Counted from the first letter of the stretch, positions 1-19,008 are shown. The stretch: DNA of 39,049 nucleotides from Priapulus caudatus (GCF_000485595.1 NW_014577075.1:953021-992069); one strand, 5' to 3'. A program made the numbers and translations. Notes: generated by a model from the letters alone, not told the origin.

Positions 1-3000
1 CCAACCCAGAACTTGTACTAAGGAGATGACCGCATGCCCAGAGGACACTACTTTATAAGGAGATGACCTCATCCCAGGACACTACTTATACTAAGAGATG
101 ACGCCATGCCCAGACACTACTTAACAACGAGAATGACCCATTCGCCACAGACACAAGTACCTATACTAAGGAGATGACCCATGCCTGAGGGTACACTACT
201 TGTAACAAGGAGATGACCATGCCAGGACACTACTTGTAGCTAAGTAGAGACCCATGCCAGGAACACTACTTATACTAAAGAGATAACCCATGCCCAGGAA
301 CACTACGTACTAAGGAGATGACCATCGCTAGGACACAACTTAACTAAGGAGATGACCATGCCCAGGGACACACTTATACAAGGAAGAATGACGCCATGCC
401 AGGACACTACTTATACAAACGAGATGACCCATGCCAGGACACACTTCATACAGATGGAATGACCCATCCCCAGGACACTACTTATCACTAAAGGAGATGA
501 CCCATGCCCAGGACACAACTTATACTACAGAGATACGCATCCCAGACACCATTATACTAAAGAGATGACCCATGCCCAGGACACTACTTGTACTAAGGAA
601 TACCCATGCCCAGACACTACTTATACTCGGAGAGACCCATGCCGCAGGCAACACACTATATACTAAGGAGATGCCCAGTGCCCACGACACAACCTATACT
701 AAGGAGATGACCCATGCCCAAGAGGTGAACCCATGCCTAGGACACAACTTTATACTAAGGAGATGACCCATGCCCAGGACACAACTTATACTAAGGAGAT
801 GACCCATGCCCAGACACTAACTTATACTAAGGAGATGACCGCATGCCCAGGACACAACTATACTAACGAGATGACCCTGCCCAGGACACTACTTAAAACT
901 AAAGAATGACCCATGCCCAGGACACTACTTGTACTAAGGAAGGCCCATGGCCAGGATCAACTAACTACACTAAGGAGATGACCCATGCCCAGCGAACACA
1001 ACTATACTAAAGAATGATCGCATGGCCCGGACACTACGTACAAGGAGATTACCCATGGCCAGGACACCCCCTCATACTAAGGAATGACCCATGGCCCAGA
1101 CACATACTTAACAGGGAGAGTGAAACCATGCCCAGGACAGCTACTTTCACTTAAGGATATATCCCATACCAGTGAGATGACCCATGCCAGAGGTGAACCC
1201 ACTGCCCAGAACTACTTATACTTAAACGAGATGACGCCGTTATTCATGCCATGACACACTAACTAATGAATGAACCGCATGCCCAGGAACACTAATCTAT
1301 ATACTAACGAATGACGCCATGCCCAGGACAGCTAGCTTATACTTAACGAAGATACCCATGCCCAGAGACATCTACTATTAATATAACGAGATGACCCTAT
1401 CCAGCTGACACTACTTATACTAACGCAGATGACCTCATGCCCAGGACACTAACCTTTACTAAGGAGATGACCCAGGCCCAGGACACACTTGTATTTTTTT
1501 TAATTAATATTTTAAAAAAAAAAAATTCTAAGGAAATGACCCATGCTCCAGGACACAACTTATACTAACGAGATACCCATCCCAGGACACTACTCATATC
1601 TAAAATTAAAAAAAAAATAAAAAAACTTTTTTTTTTTTTACTAAGGAGATGACCCATGCCCAGGACACTACTTATCTAAGGAGATGACCCATGCCAGACA
1701 CAAATTGTACTAAGGAGATGACCGCATGGCCAGAGGACACTACTGTATACTAAGGAGATGACTCCCATGCCAGGACACAAACTTATAACTAACGAGATGA
1801 CCCAGCTGCCCAGGAACGTAACTCACCTAACGAGAGACCCATGCCGCAGGACACACTTATACTAAAGAGATACCCATGCCCAGGACACTACTTGTACTAA
1901 GGAGATGACCGCGCANNNNNNNNNNNNNNNNNNNNNNNNNGGAGATGACATCCCAGGACACTACTTTTACTAAGGAGAGACCATGCAGGACCATACTTTA
2001 TAACGAGATGACCTATGACCAGACACAACCTATACTAAGGAGATGGACATGGCCAGGACATGACTTGTATAAGGAGATGACCCCAGCCAGGCACTATTGT
2101 CTAGGAGATGCCCATGGCCAGGCACTACTCTATTTACTAAGGAGATGACATGCCCGGCACTTTTGTATTAGAGCTGACCATGCTAGGAACACTTATATAG
2201 GAGATGGACCTCCCAGGACACTACTATATAGGAGATGACACATGCCAGGACACTAATTATACTAAGGGGAGATGCCATGCCGCGGAATACGAATATACTA
2301 AGGAGATGACATGCCGGGACACTTACTATACTAAGAGATGACCATGCCCCATGACACTCTCATACTAAGGAGATGACCCATGCCAGGATTATGTATATAG
2401 GAGATGACCCCTGCCCAGCAATTATACTAACGAGATGACCCATGCCCAGGACAGTGATGTATACTAAGAGAGATGGGACATGCAGGGACCTCTTGTAATA
2501 AGGAGAATGACATGGAGGGACTAACTCTACTAGGATGATGACCAATGCCAGGACCATATATTGACTAAAGAGTGATCAATGCCCGGCCACTTACTTGTCT
2601 TAAGGAGATGACCTGGCAGATATTCATATAAGGCAGATGCATGCCAGGCGAATAGCTTATCTAGGATGATGACCATGCCCAGGACACTACTGTACTAAGG
2701 ATATGATCCATACCCAGGAGATGACCCATGCCCAAGAGGTGACCCATGCCCCCCAGGACACTACTTATCTACGAGATGACCAATGCTCAGGACACTACTT
2801 ATACTAATTGGAGAGACCATGCCAGGACCATACTTTATATAACGAGGATGACCATGCCCATGACACATTATACTAACGAGATGACCCATTGCCAGGACCT
2901 ACTTATATAAGAGATTGACCTGCAGGACTATGTAAATAACGGATGACCCATGCAGGACACTATTATATAGGGATGTACCATGCCAGACACAACTTGTCTA

Positions 3001-3995
3001 TGGAGATGACATGCCAGGAACACTTATCATAGATGTGACCATGCAGGACACTATCTACTAAGGATGAGTGACCCATGCCCAGGACATACTACAGTATACT
3101 AGGAGCATGACCCATGCCAGACACAAGTTGTATAGGAGTGCAATGGCCAGGACAACTATTATACTAAGAGATGTACCGATGCCCGGAACAATGAGTATAC
3201 TACGAGATGACCCATGCCCAGGACACTACTATACTACGGTGACCATGCCAGGACGCACTACTTATACTAAGGATGACCGCATGCCCAGGACATACTTGTA
3301 CGGTAAAGGAGATGACCTGTCCGGACACGGATACATATAGGAGATGACAATGCCAGGACTACTCATACTAAGGAGAGACCCATGCCCCAGCGCAACTATT
3401 ATACTAAAGAGAGACCCATGCAGGACGATATTGTCTAAGGAGATGACCATGCCGGACATGTATACTAAGGAGATGACATGGCCAGGACATCTAATATAAG
3501 GAGCTGACCATGCCAGGACACAACTTGTATAGGGATGACCCGATGCCAGGCACTGACTTCATCAGGAGGATTGACCATGCCCAGGACACTAATTATAATT
3601 AAAGAGTGACCCAATGCCCAGGACATACTTGTCTAAGGAGAATGACATGCAGGACACTATCATACTAAGAGATGACCTAATGCCAGGACATATAGTATAA
3701 GAGAGATGACCGCATTGCCCAGGACACAACTATGTCTAGGAGGATGACCTGCCGCAGGGCCACTACTTATACTAAGGAGATGACCCATGCCCAGGACACT
3801 ACTTATACTAAGGAGATGACCCATGCCCAGGACACTACTTATACTAAGGAGATGACCCATGCCCAGGACACTACTTATACTAAGGAGATGAACCATGCCC
3901 AGGACACTACTTATACTAAGGAGATGACCCATGCCCAGGAAATGACCCACACCCAGGAGATGAGCCATGCCCAGAAGATAATTATCTGCTAAGGA
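1..3995. repeat. 36-bp tandem array (consensus AGGAGATGACCCATGCCCAGGACACTACTTATACTA), ~100+ copies, continuing off the left edge
   Basis: Near-perfect copies at ~3762-3940. Copies elsewhere carry many 1-2 bp indels. The array decays through 18-bp half-units at 3921-3975. Confidence 0.97.
1916..1940. other. Assembly gap (25 N) inside the tandem array
   Basis: Run of 25 N; true array length is unknown. Confidence 0.99.
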
Positions 3996-4380
3996 GATCA
4001 CCATTTACCAAAACAACCAAGTGCACAAGAGAGGACCACCTACCAAGGAGTTTAAGCTAATATTTTACAAAAGGGACATGCATAGATGGGCTGCTGTGCT
4101 AGATAAAAAGCAGCTAAGCTGATAGGCCTACCTATATCCTATGATCTCTGGATTTGTCTTGATCTCACAGCTGTCCAAGCATCCACGCTCAATGATAGGT
4201 TCTCTTGTTGTCTTGTTCACGTAATGAATGGTGTCCATGTCAGTTAGCTTCACCGATACATGACTCCCAGGAGGTGACTACGAGTACAGCACAAATAATC
4301 TCAAGCATGATTACAACATTGACATACCACATTATGTTGCCCTCTCACTGTGTATGCTGCATAGAATCTTGGAACCTTAG

Positions 4381-10195
<5,815 letters not shown>

Positions 10196-10359
10196 CGTGC
10201 GTGTGAGGTGATCGCAAGGCTATGCGGAGTTCAGCGGTAAATGCGTACAAGCCAAATCAGAATGCGTCCAATCCAGCTGTAGCCTGTAACTATCGTCAGT
10301 ACGGAATTAAAGTAAGTCTTACAATATACAGATCAGCGACATTAATCCCTCTTTGCACG

Positions 10360-10366
10360 TTTTATA
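10360..10366 (-). promoter_or_regulatory. Possible TATA box of the astacin gene
   Basis: TATAAAA on the minus strand ~165 bp upstream of the ATG at 10195; motif only. Confidence 0.3.
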
Positions 10367-10661
10367 AATTGTATGTGCGTGCGTGTGCGCGTGCGTATGT
10401 ATGTATTATATACGCGCGCAATATTGCGCGCGTGCATGCTTTCCTTTTATATTGATACCCGCAGCCAACACATTATATGACAAATAATGAATGTAACAAT
10501 GACTGCAGGGATGTTTGGGAAGGGATGTTTTGTAGGGAAGGTTGACTGCAGGGATGTTTGTAGCGTAACGGTGCTCGATGCATGCATCCTGCATATTATC
10601 ATGAACATAATTATACCTATATAGTTATATAATATATAAGTAATATAGTAATATATAATGA

Positions 10662-10666
<5 letters not shown>

Positions 10667-10700
<34 letters not shown>

Positions 10701-10778
10701 TATATATATATTATAGAGAGGAGAGAAGAGAAGAGAGAGAGAAGAGAGAGGCAGAGACAGAGAGAGAGAGAGAGAAAG

Positions 10779-10870
<92 letters not shown>
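10667..10870. repeat. Compound microsatellite (AT)n-(GA)n-(GATA)n
   Basis: AT run ~10667-10712, GA-rich run ~10715-10777, GATA run ~10778-10870. Confidence 0.97.
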
Positions 10871-12759
10871 GCTATTCGACGAACACAAGTGGTACGTTAT
10901 CTAACAAACAATCGACACATATAGTGCAACAGTTTAGCAATTGGAATACTCATATCAAACCTTACCTATCGAACCGGCTTTATGGATTCTTAGACGCAGG
11001 TGCGCGCAAGAGCCGGGTCTGATATCTAGAAACGTCGGCGCATACTGGCGCGCTGCGAGCAAGTATATGGTGATACCAGGAACTCATGGGGCGTGGTAGG
11101 GTAGTCTTGATTGTCTCATTTCGTGCCACCCGGACCATGACGAATCCGTAATAGCAGTGCCTGTAGTCACATTGACGCGTAGGTACGTTTTATAATATAA
11201 GCGTAGTTGGATGATACTAGGATAGCTTCAGGGCATATATCTCAGTGGTAGCCTATAAACATGCGTTTATGATCACTGTACCATTTAGTACCTTTTGTGA
11301 GACTAATAGCTGCTGCAATTCTCTCAGAACGTCGTCTCAGGGCAGAGGAAACCGGTCTTTATAATCGATTATGGAGTGAACAAAACCGCATGAATCCCCA
11401 GTGCGGAATCTCAACTATGCTCAGCAATGGATTAAAACATCAAATTGAAAATCCCTGCCGCGATGCTATATAAACTTACTCTGCCTGCGGCCTAATTGTA
11501 TTCAGTGCCAGTATCTATAATCGTTAAGAAATGCGTAAATAATTGTCTGTTTGTCACGATAACCTTGCAATGGCGCGCGGAGAGTACCTAACAGAGCTAA
11601 GCAAAGCAACACTACTATAAAAGAAGAATAGAAGTTAAGCATGCCTTGAGGAACCATGCACGCAATAACGATGCTATTGTCCACAATTCGTGCAGGGTTA
11701 ATTTCACGCCTGCTAACATTAGAACAAGAAACCAAATCGAATGCAAGAGGATCAAGATAACTGTAGCATTCATGTGCAAGGTATTTATTATTATTATTAC
11801 CATAAACATATCTATATTATCAAGAGCGTATAAAGTAGGCCCTATATATGCTTCTTAATGCATACTTAAATCGCATACTTATGTTAAACTAAACTTAACT
11901 TAACCTGAAGTATGCATACGCGTTTGATATTTATCGCACGTTTCGCGCAACATGCAATCGCACTATCACCTATGCCCTTTCATGGTTTTCGGAAAACGCC
12001 AGTGGATATATGGCATACATAGGTATCACGGGTCGGCATGGGCAGTACGGTTTCTTATCATGTTAATTGTGTACGAACAATTTCTCAATAAACAACCAAC
12101 AAATCAATCAATTGAATAAGATATAACTATATTAAGAGTATATATAATAGATATAATCTCTATTACGTACTCTTGGTACGTGTCATAATGCTGTTTATAA
12201 ATGACGGCCGTGTTTTTTAAATGTTTTTTATGTTTTCAGATGTTAAAATTTGAGCCTGACATACATAAAATTAAAGTTGACATACGGTACATTTTTCACA
12301 TATTCAGGATCATTAAATTAGATTAAAACAACATGTCTAAGACATAGTCAAAGTCATAGTCAAAGTCATAGTCATGTCTAAGTCAAAACAACATGTCTAA
12401 GACATGTCTTAGACTCCAGATGGATCATCTGTATTGTAAAAACACTGCATTGATTAATCCTAATTGTCGCAAAGCCATTGTAATCAACAGAAGTATGTTG
12501 AACCAAATCTATTTGCTTATGTATAATATATGTGTGCCTTTCACTGTAAATATTGATGACCACAAATATTATGATGCGTGCGAGCAGTAAAAACTGTTGT
12601 TTATGTACGGTCGGCGGCTGGTCATGAAGTTAACGAATGTGAGAGTACACTCCGAAGCGTGTAGTTGCTGTTTCTTTTTTCCATCTATGGTTTTTCTCAG
12701 TCTCTTGCAGTGAATAATTTCTACACACCTTGATTAACTGGTGTTAAAGAAGAATTACC

Positions 12760-15700
12760 ATGAATCCAGCTGCCACAGCAACTGAAGTAGAAGATATCCA
12801 TGAAGATAGACGATGGATTGATATTGTAAATTCCTGATTGAATAATAATACTAATAGTAATAGTAATAGTTAGTCACAGTGAGTCTGACAGTGTCACTGT
12901 CAGTGTTACTCACACTCACGCTCATATACTCATTAGGGTCTATCATCTATGTCCCCCCGGAAAAGACTAATCCCAGGGCACTCTGTGAGGGCGAGCCCAC
13001 CATGTAGGGGTGGTCGGGTAGGGTATGGTTAGTGTTTAGGTTAGGGTTAGAGTTAGGCCTACCCTACCCGACTACCCCTACACTTTGGGCTCACCCTCAC
13101 AGAGTTCCCGGGGATTAGTCTTACCCATGTCCCCAGGGTACTGCCAGAACGTACCCTAGCTGGGTACCCTGGTAACTATCTTCGTAACCGAGCTGTGTCA
13201 CGCGAAATCACACAAAGCCTAACGAAATTCTCGCGTTCGCTCCCGTTGCGCAGTTTATGTAAATTGCTGCAAGTACAAGGCTATAGGCGGCGAATTGCAT
13301 TTTGGGAAACTACCACGCGGCTTTCCAACTCCCGTACGAGCCTCTCAAAGCCACCAGTGGAGCGTTGCAAAAACGTTGCAGCGTTGCGGCGCAAAAATGA
13401 GGTCACAATAAGTGCCGGTGGGTGTTTCCTGATTCCGACAGCCATTTACATAAACTGCGCAACGGGAGCGAACGCGAGAATTTCGTCAGGCTTTGTGTGA
13501 TTTCGCGTGACACAGCTCGGTTACAAACACAGACAGTATGTTTTTGTAACAAGTGTTAGTGTTCTTCAAATAGAAACAAAGATGGAGTAGATTGGTTGAA
13601 TATTTGTGTTGTATTCGTATAATATCAAGCGAGCGTCGAGCGAATTTTGGCAGCACGCTTTCCTACCTGCTATATATTTGTGTCAGTGTGCAGCGGCAGC
13701 CAGCGTTTGTTGCAGATGAGCATTTGGACGGCATTTGCAGGAAATTGTCGGCAATAATAGGTGAAAGAGAGTATAGAAACAAATTAAGACTGGTAGTAAA
13801 TAGATTTCGTATTTATTTAGCATTATATTTTATTGAAACGCTCCAAGTGCCTGTGGTGTTACTTTCTCAGTTTCTGAGTGGCGGTGTTGTGCCTGTAGTG
13901 TAATGTTATTGTTAGTTAAAATGTTGACAATGTCACTTTTCCTACTCATAACCTATTTCCCATGGCGTATCATGTTCGAAATTAGAGCCAATTACGTATA
14001 CTTAGTTTTACAATTTTTGACACCCTGAGTGACACAGTCGGTTTAAGCTCGGTTGGCCTACTCCCATTTCGCCTACTGCGAAATTACCATTTCGTTTATA
14101 GCAAAATCCCCAGTTGGTCTACACCCTTTTCGCCTACTCCAAATTTGTCTACACTAAAAATCTACCCCATTCCCATTTTGTCTACTATTAATTTGTTCAC
14201 TATATAGTCATTTTTAAATGTAAAATATGGTTTTGATTGGCATACATAGGCTACAGGAACCAAAAGACAACTTGTCAACTTGACAAAAATAGGAAATACG
14301 GTAGCATGAAAATGTACCAAATTCTAATATAGTCTACTCTCAAATTGTTTAATAAATAGACATATATATTAGGGCTGTAACGATCTACCAAAATCGAATC
14401 GGATTGCGATTCTCATCCCTCGATCCGATCCTTGATATTTTTCCCCGTATTTTCGATTCCACTTCGATACTACTTTTTTCCTCCAATAGATGGCGGCACT
14501 ACGCTATATACTGTGGCGTGTTACCAGTGCTCTGGTGTTACTCACCAATGGCAATGTTACTCAGCGGCTGTGCAGTGTATATATACTCTCTAGACTCTCT
14601 AGTCTATTCACCATTTAGTATTCATTGGCAATTTCTAATAATTTATTATTGCAAAATAATGAAAATATAAAAAATAAAATAACATTTCAATATTTTGGGA
14701 ATCGAATCGAGAGGCTAATATCGAGAACCGGGTCGAATCGAGAGGCTTGTGTATCGTTACAGCCCTAATATATATGATGTCAAATATTACTTTTGAGTGG
14801 CATCCACACAATATTTCTTGTATAGTGGCATCGACACTAATTTCTCCCAGTATTGTTGGCTTTGTGTTAAGCCAGTTTACCGTTAAGCCATTCACACCTT
14901 TAACTAGTTGGTTACCGACTAGTTATTGTCCTAGAGTCACGTCACATGAAAGGCATGATATCATAGGCCTACCTCTTAACAAGTGTCATCGTATTAAGTC
15001 ACTCACACCTTTGAGTAGTTAGTCTCATGGTGTCCCACCTACATGTGCACCACATTACCTATTCTGCGAGTAGACGAAATGGGAGTAGGCAAAATGGGAA
15101 TATTACCCATTTTGATAGTAGACGAAATGGGAGTAGGGCAACTGCAGGGTTCGAAATTAATGCTAGCACACTCGCAAAATGCGAGTGGATTTCCGAAATT
15201 GCGAGTAGAAAATATAAGCACTTGCATTTTTGTGCGAGTGACATATAATCTGTTGTGATGACTATCAAAATCCAACATCCCATATCCAGGCATTTTAAAA
15301 GTAACATGTTGTCAACATAAGTTATAATGGAATTAGACAAACTAATTTCTGCAAAATTATAAACACGTACTGTCTACAAACTGAGTAAGGATTATAAACC
15401 TCGCGCGATCAGCCGCTACCATGAACCTTGCCACAGCCGCTATTCTATCTTCACGCTTTGTAGCCTGGTTTAATAAAGTCATTTCAACATTATATAACAT
15501 TTATAAAGTAACTAAAAAGATAACATTTTTAATGAAAGTGTTAGCATATTATACACTACAAAAATAATTATATTAAAAATGCGAGAGTGTTTCGGATTTT
15601 GCGAGTAGAAATTTGACCCACTCGCAAAACATTGCGAGTGGTTTCAAAACCTAAATTCTACCCCTGCAACTTGGATGTTACCACACAGTCACAGGCTTCA

Positions 15701-18215
15701 CTACGCTAGTCTACAGTAAAATTGTTTCCAGCACACGACACTAGTGCCAACTAATGTCTAGTAATGCATCATTGCAGAAATTTTGTGCTTAGTTTGGGTC
15801 CCACCACTGAGGTACCACATCATACAGTATACAGTTTTTCCTAACCCCTAAAAATCCTGGAATCTGAAAAAAAATTTACCCCTAAAGGTTTTGACCAAGA
15901 AATGCTCGACCAATATATATCTATACCCATGTAGTTAGAACAGGTTTCATTTGATTGTGAGTATTTGATCATGCTCGGTGATGTTTTTTTAGCACCAGCG
16001 GTATGTAGGAGAGGCAAATGACAAGGAGCCTGAAGTCGTCTTTATTGGCGATTCTCTCATTCAAAGTTTGGAGCAATCCGAGGTTTGTAAATTTAACGTT
16101 GTAGCCAATAATCATGTGTGAATTGCATACTATAAAACTATAAAATTTAACCTGATAATTACTAGTTTTGCGCATTGCTGTGTAGGGTATATAAAAACGT
16201 TATCGATTGTAATGTGCTGTTATTTAACCTTTATGTTGCAGATATGGGAAAAAAAGATTTCACAGTTTCATTGCCTAAATTTTGGCATTGGTGGTGATAC
16301 AACGCAAAATGTTCTGTGGAGGCTAGAGAATGGCGAGTTAGACTTCACAACACCCCCAAAGGTAAATTCAAAACACATTTACTGTTCCAATATACAAGGG
16401 ACTGCTCCGTTCATCATTATGCAATGCAGTTGCCAAACCAAACAATGGTTTAATTGTTTTGTAATTTATCAATGATCACATACGTATTGCATGTGTTGAA
16501 CTTAGTTGATCAGGTTTTCATTTCCATCCCAAAATGGCACAAGTAAACCATATTGGCTAGTAGTAGTACGTGAAACCTATTTTTATCAACTTGTAATTCT
16601 TTTTCTTGTTAGGTGATCATTCTCTTGTGTGGTACTAACAATCATGGCCACACACCTGAGCAAGTGGTCGCAGGTTTGGAAGCCATTCTAAGGCTAATCT
16701 CAGAGAAACAGCCCCAGGCTGCGATCATCATTCTAGTGAGTGCTAGAGATTGTTAAGTTGGTACCGATGTTTAAGTTGGTTCTCATTGTATATATGTTGA
16801 GTTCGTTTGAATTCAATACATTGTATAGCCTTTGCCGCACCAGTCTTTTCTTGAAAACATGAAAGTCCTTGTTCTGCTAGTGCTGCAGCTGCAGCATCAG
16901 TGGTCATACAGTTCATAAGCAGAGTATCTTGCTGGCATAATCAGTTACTTTAAACCAGCATAAATGGCACTTGCATCTTGCTCCAAAAAGAATACAGTGC
17001 CATGTGCAATGATGTATGTTGCACAGAATATGTCACCGCCTCAAAATGTAATGTATCAGGCGTATAAACGATATGTGATAGAACTTGATTCACAGACAAT
17101 TATGCATAATTTCATTATGGGATAGTAGTAGACATAGCGGAGGGCAATGATGTATGTTGCACAGAATATGTCACCGCCTTAAAATGTAATGTATCAGGCG
17201 TATAAACGATATGTGATGGAACTTGATTCACAGAAAATTATGCATAATTTCATTATGGGATAGCAGTAGACGTAGCGGAGCTTCCATTCATTGGAGTCTC
17301 TCTCTCCCTCTCTCCCTATTGCTCTTCCTCTTCCCCTCTGCTCCTCTCTCTCTCTCTCTATCTCGCGGTCTCACAGTCTTGGAGTCTTTCTTTCTCCCTT
17401 TGTCAACCTCTAATACTTGGTATGTCAGCCTTGGATACACAAGCGTAAGAACCCAACAGCCAATCATTATCTTGTCCTGTTCAAAGCAATACAATAATTG
17501 TGTACTCACTTCTAAATAAGTCCGTGTCATTGTCGCGTTATCAGTACATTAGCCCCGTGCTCAACTACCCGATGCTAAGATCAAATTTATCCTATTCAAT
17601 CTTTGTTAACATTGGCAAATTTTGTCGAAATTGGTAATGTAAAATGGTAAATTATTTATGTTTATATTGCATGTACACAAGTTATTCAATTCAATCTATA
17701 ATTTCTGGTGTGTTGCAGACCATTCCTCCACGAGGACACAAGCCGAATCCAGTTAGAGAAAAGAATGCTCAAATTAATTCTCTACTTCATGGGGTGGTTC
17801 CTAATTTTCCAAAAGCTCAGCTGTTTGACATAGACAAAGCTGCCAGGTAATACTCCGTTAGTGTGTTACATAGATAACTATGTCACTAAAATGTATGTAT
17901 ATTTTAATATTCCTAATTGTATTCCATCTTCCTATGTTCGGTTCTCATTTTCCTACGCATTGGTCTGTTGCCTAGGTAATACTTTTTGTTTATACAATTA
18001 GCAGGCACATGATACGTTTCTTGTATTTCCTCGTACGTGCATCACGTCATTGTTTTTCATTTGATTTTAGATTCGTGCAGTCTGATGGAACTATCAATCA
18101 CCATGACATGTATGACTACCTACACCTTACAAAAATTGGCTACTGGAAAGCATTTGAACCTGTCTATGAACTTCTTGAGCAGATTCTTATAACAGACAAA
18201 GTTGATGAGAAATAG
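12760..18215 (+). CDS. PAFAH1B2: Platelet-activating factor acetylhydrolase IB catalytic subunit (alpha1/alpha2-like SGNH hydrolase), 223 aa
   Basis: Exons 12760-12825 (MNPAATATEVEDIHEDRRWIDI), 15993-16082 (KEPEVVFIGDSLIQ), 16242-16361 (LNFGIGGDTTQNVLWRLENGEL), 16613-16735 (GTNNHGH), 17719-17846 (PPRGHKPNPVREKN), 18071-18215 (DMYDYLHL, stop). All introns are GT-AG and the total is 672 nt in frame. GDS, GxN and DxxH motifs are intact. The B2 versus B3 label cannot be resolved; likely a co-ortholog. Confidence 0.96.
12935..13181. mobile_element. Truncated left arm of the MITE family seen intact at 38784-39043, interrupted by another MITE
   Basis: AGGGTCT..ATGTCCCC [insert] ATGTCCCCAGGGTACTGCCAGAACGTACCCT..CCCTGGTAACTATCT matches the left arm at 38784-38864. 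Confidence 0.75.
12957..13126. mobile_element. MITE with ~65-bp imperfect TIRs, telomere-like core and 8-bp TSD
   Basis: AAGACTAATCCC..GTCGGGTAGGGTA pairs with TACCCTACCCGAC..GGGATTAGTCTT. ATGTCCCC is duplicated at 12949-12956 and 13127-13134. Core GGTTAGTGTTTAGGTTAGGGTTAGAGTTAGG. Confidence 0.8.
13187..13521. mobile_element. MITE with ~80-bp near-perfect TIRs, flanked by TA (Tc1/mariner-like)
   Basis: ACCGAGCTGTGTCACGCGAAATCACACAAAGCCT..GCGCAGTTTATGTAAAT and its reverse complement ending at 13521; TA on both sides. Confidence 0.85.
14052..15142. mobile_element. Older TIR element with reiterated subterminal CCCATTTCGTCTACT motifs; hosts a nested hAT MITE
   Basis: Left GTTGGCCTACTCCCATTTCGCCTACT pairs with right AGTAGACGAAATGGGAGTAGGGCAAC. 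The motif repeats at 14057-14190 (+) and 15069-15137 (-). No TSD found. Confidence 0.65.
14370..14767. mobile_element. hAT-like MITE with 8-bp TSD ATATATAT
   Basis: TIR TAGGGCTGTAACGAT / ATCGTTACAGCCCTA; TSD at 14362-14369 and 14768-14775; subterminal GAATCG/CGATTC repeats. Confidence 0.9.
15145..15666. mobile_element. hAT-like MITE (CAGGG..CCCTG) with reiterated TGCGAGT/ACTCGCA motifs
   Basis: CAGGGTTCGAAATT / AATTCTACCCCTG termini; TGCGAGT motifs cluster near both ends. Flanking duplication is imperfect (CAACTG/CAACTT). Confidence 0.75.
17006..17280. repeat. Tandem duplication, 138-bp unit x2, in PAFAH1B intron 4
   Basis: GCAATGATGTATGTTGCACAG... starts at 17006 and 17144, with few substitutions. 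Confidence 0.95.
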
Positions 18216-19008
18216 GATGCAAGTCTCGTATCAACCTGGAATAATATGTGTTAACTGATTTGTGATGAAATCTCTTATAGCTACTCCAATTTCTCTTCAG
18301 TTCGTCCATGGCCAGCTGTGGGCACACCACAAACATACTTGCCAAGTATAGGAAGACAGTTGTTATCTATAATGATGCCTTCTTTATTAATCGTTTTTCG
18401 ATGATACATAGACGCGGGTACGTATTCCCAAATGTCACAAAATTTTCACAACTATAAACAAGGTGAGACTGTGTGATAGTTGGCCTGTATCGGAAGTACG
18501 ATAGACATACAGCCTCCCTGCCTGCAGCTACTTATATAGCAGCGCCAGGTGTGCTGGATGTTCGTTAGTAAGTAGGTGTGTTCTAACTGGCCCATGAATG
18601 TTATATTCGCTGCCGTGGTAATGTATCCATCACGCATTTAATATTGCAGGACATCACACTTAAAATCTCAGTGTTATATCAGCAGGACTTTCCCGTGGAT
18701 TAAATGGTCAGGATTTCTGCCCTATGCATATTTTCGCTAGTGTTGCTCCTAATTTGATGCAAACAAATGGAATAATGTGCATGTCAATTTACTGCATTGT
18801 TGTATATATTTGCCATATTTACTGAAGCGTGCTTCTCTGATTCTACTCTATATTCTTCTATCGTCCCTATTCTACATAAGTGTAGTTATTCTGGCAGTGT
18901 AACAGAATTAACTGGCCGAGTAAGCTGAAGACAGTACATGTGGCAACCTATCGTAACCAGACCCTCCTTTGGAGAGTTAATCCTATCCAAACGTAGGAAT
19001 GCAAATAT

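Noticed and set aside
1..3995. CRISPR-like repeat-spacer array
   Set aside because: The apparent spacers are near-identical parts of the 36-bp unit; the context is eukaryotic and there are no cas genes.
10966..11642. Signal-peptide-like ORF (MLNFYSSFIVVLLCLALLG) and exon-like segments on the minus strand
   Set aside because: Candidate downstream exons contain stops in the frames I tested and show no recognisable homology; could be a decayed gene or non-coding exons.
12325..12415. Short direct and palindromic repeats (AAAACAACATGTCTAAGACAT x2, AGTCATAGTCAA)
   Set aside because: Consistent with local slippage; no support for function.
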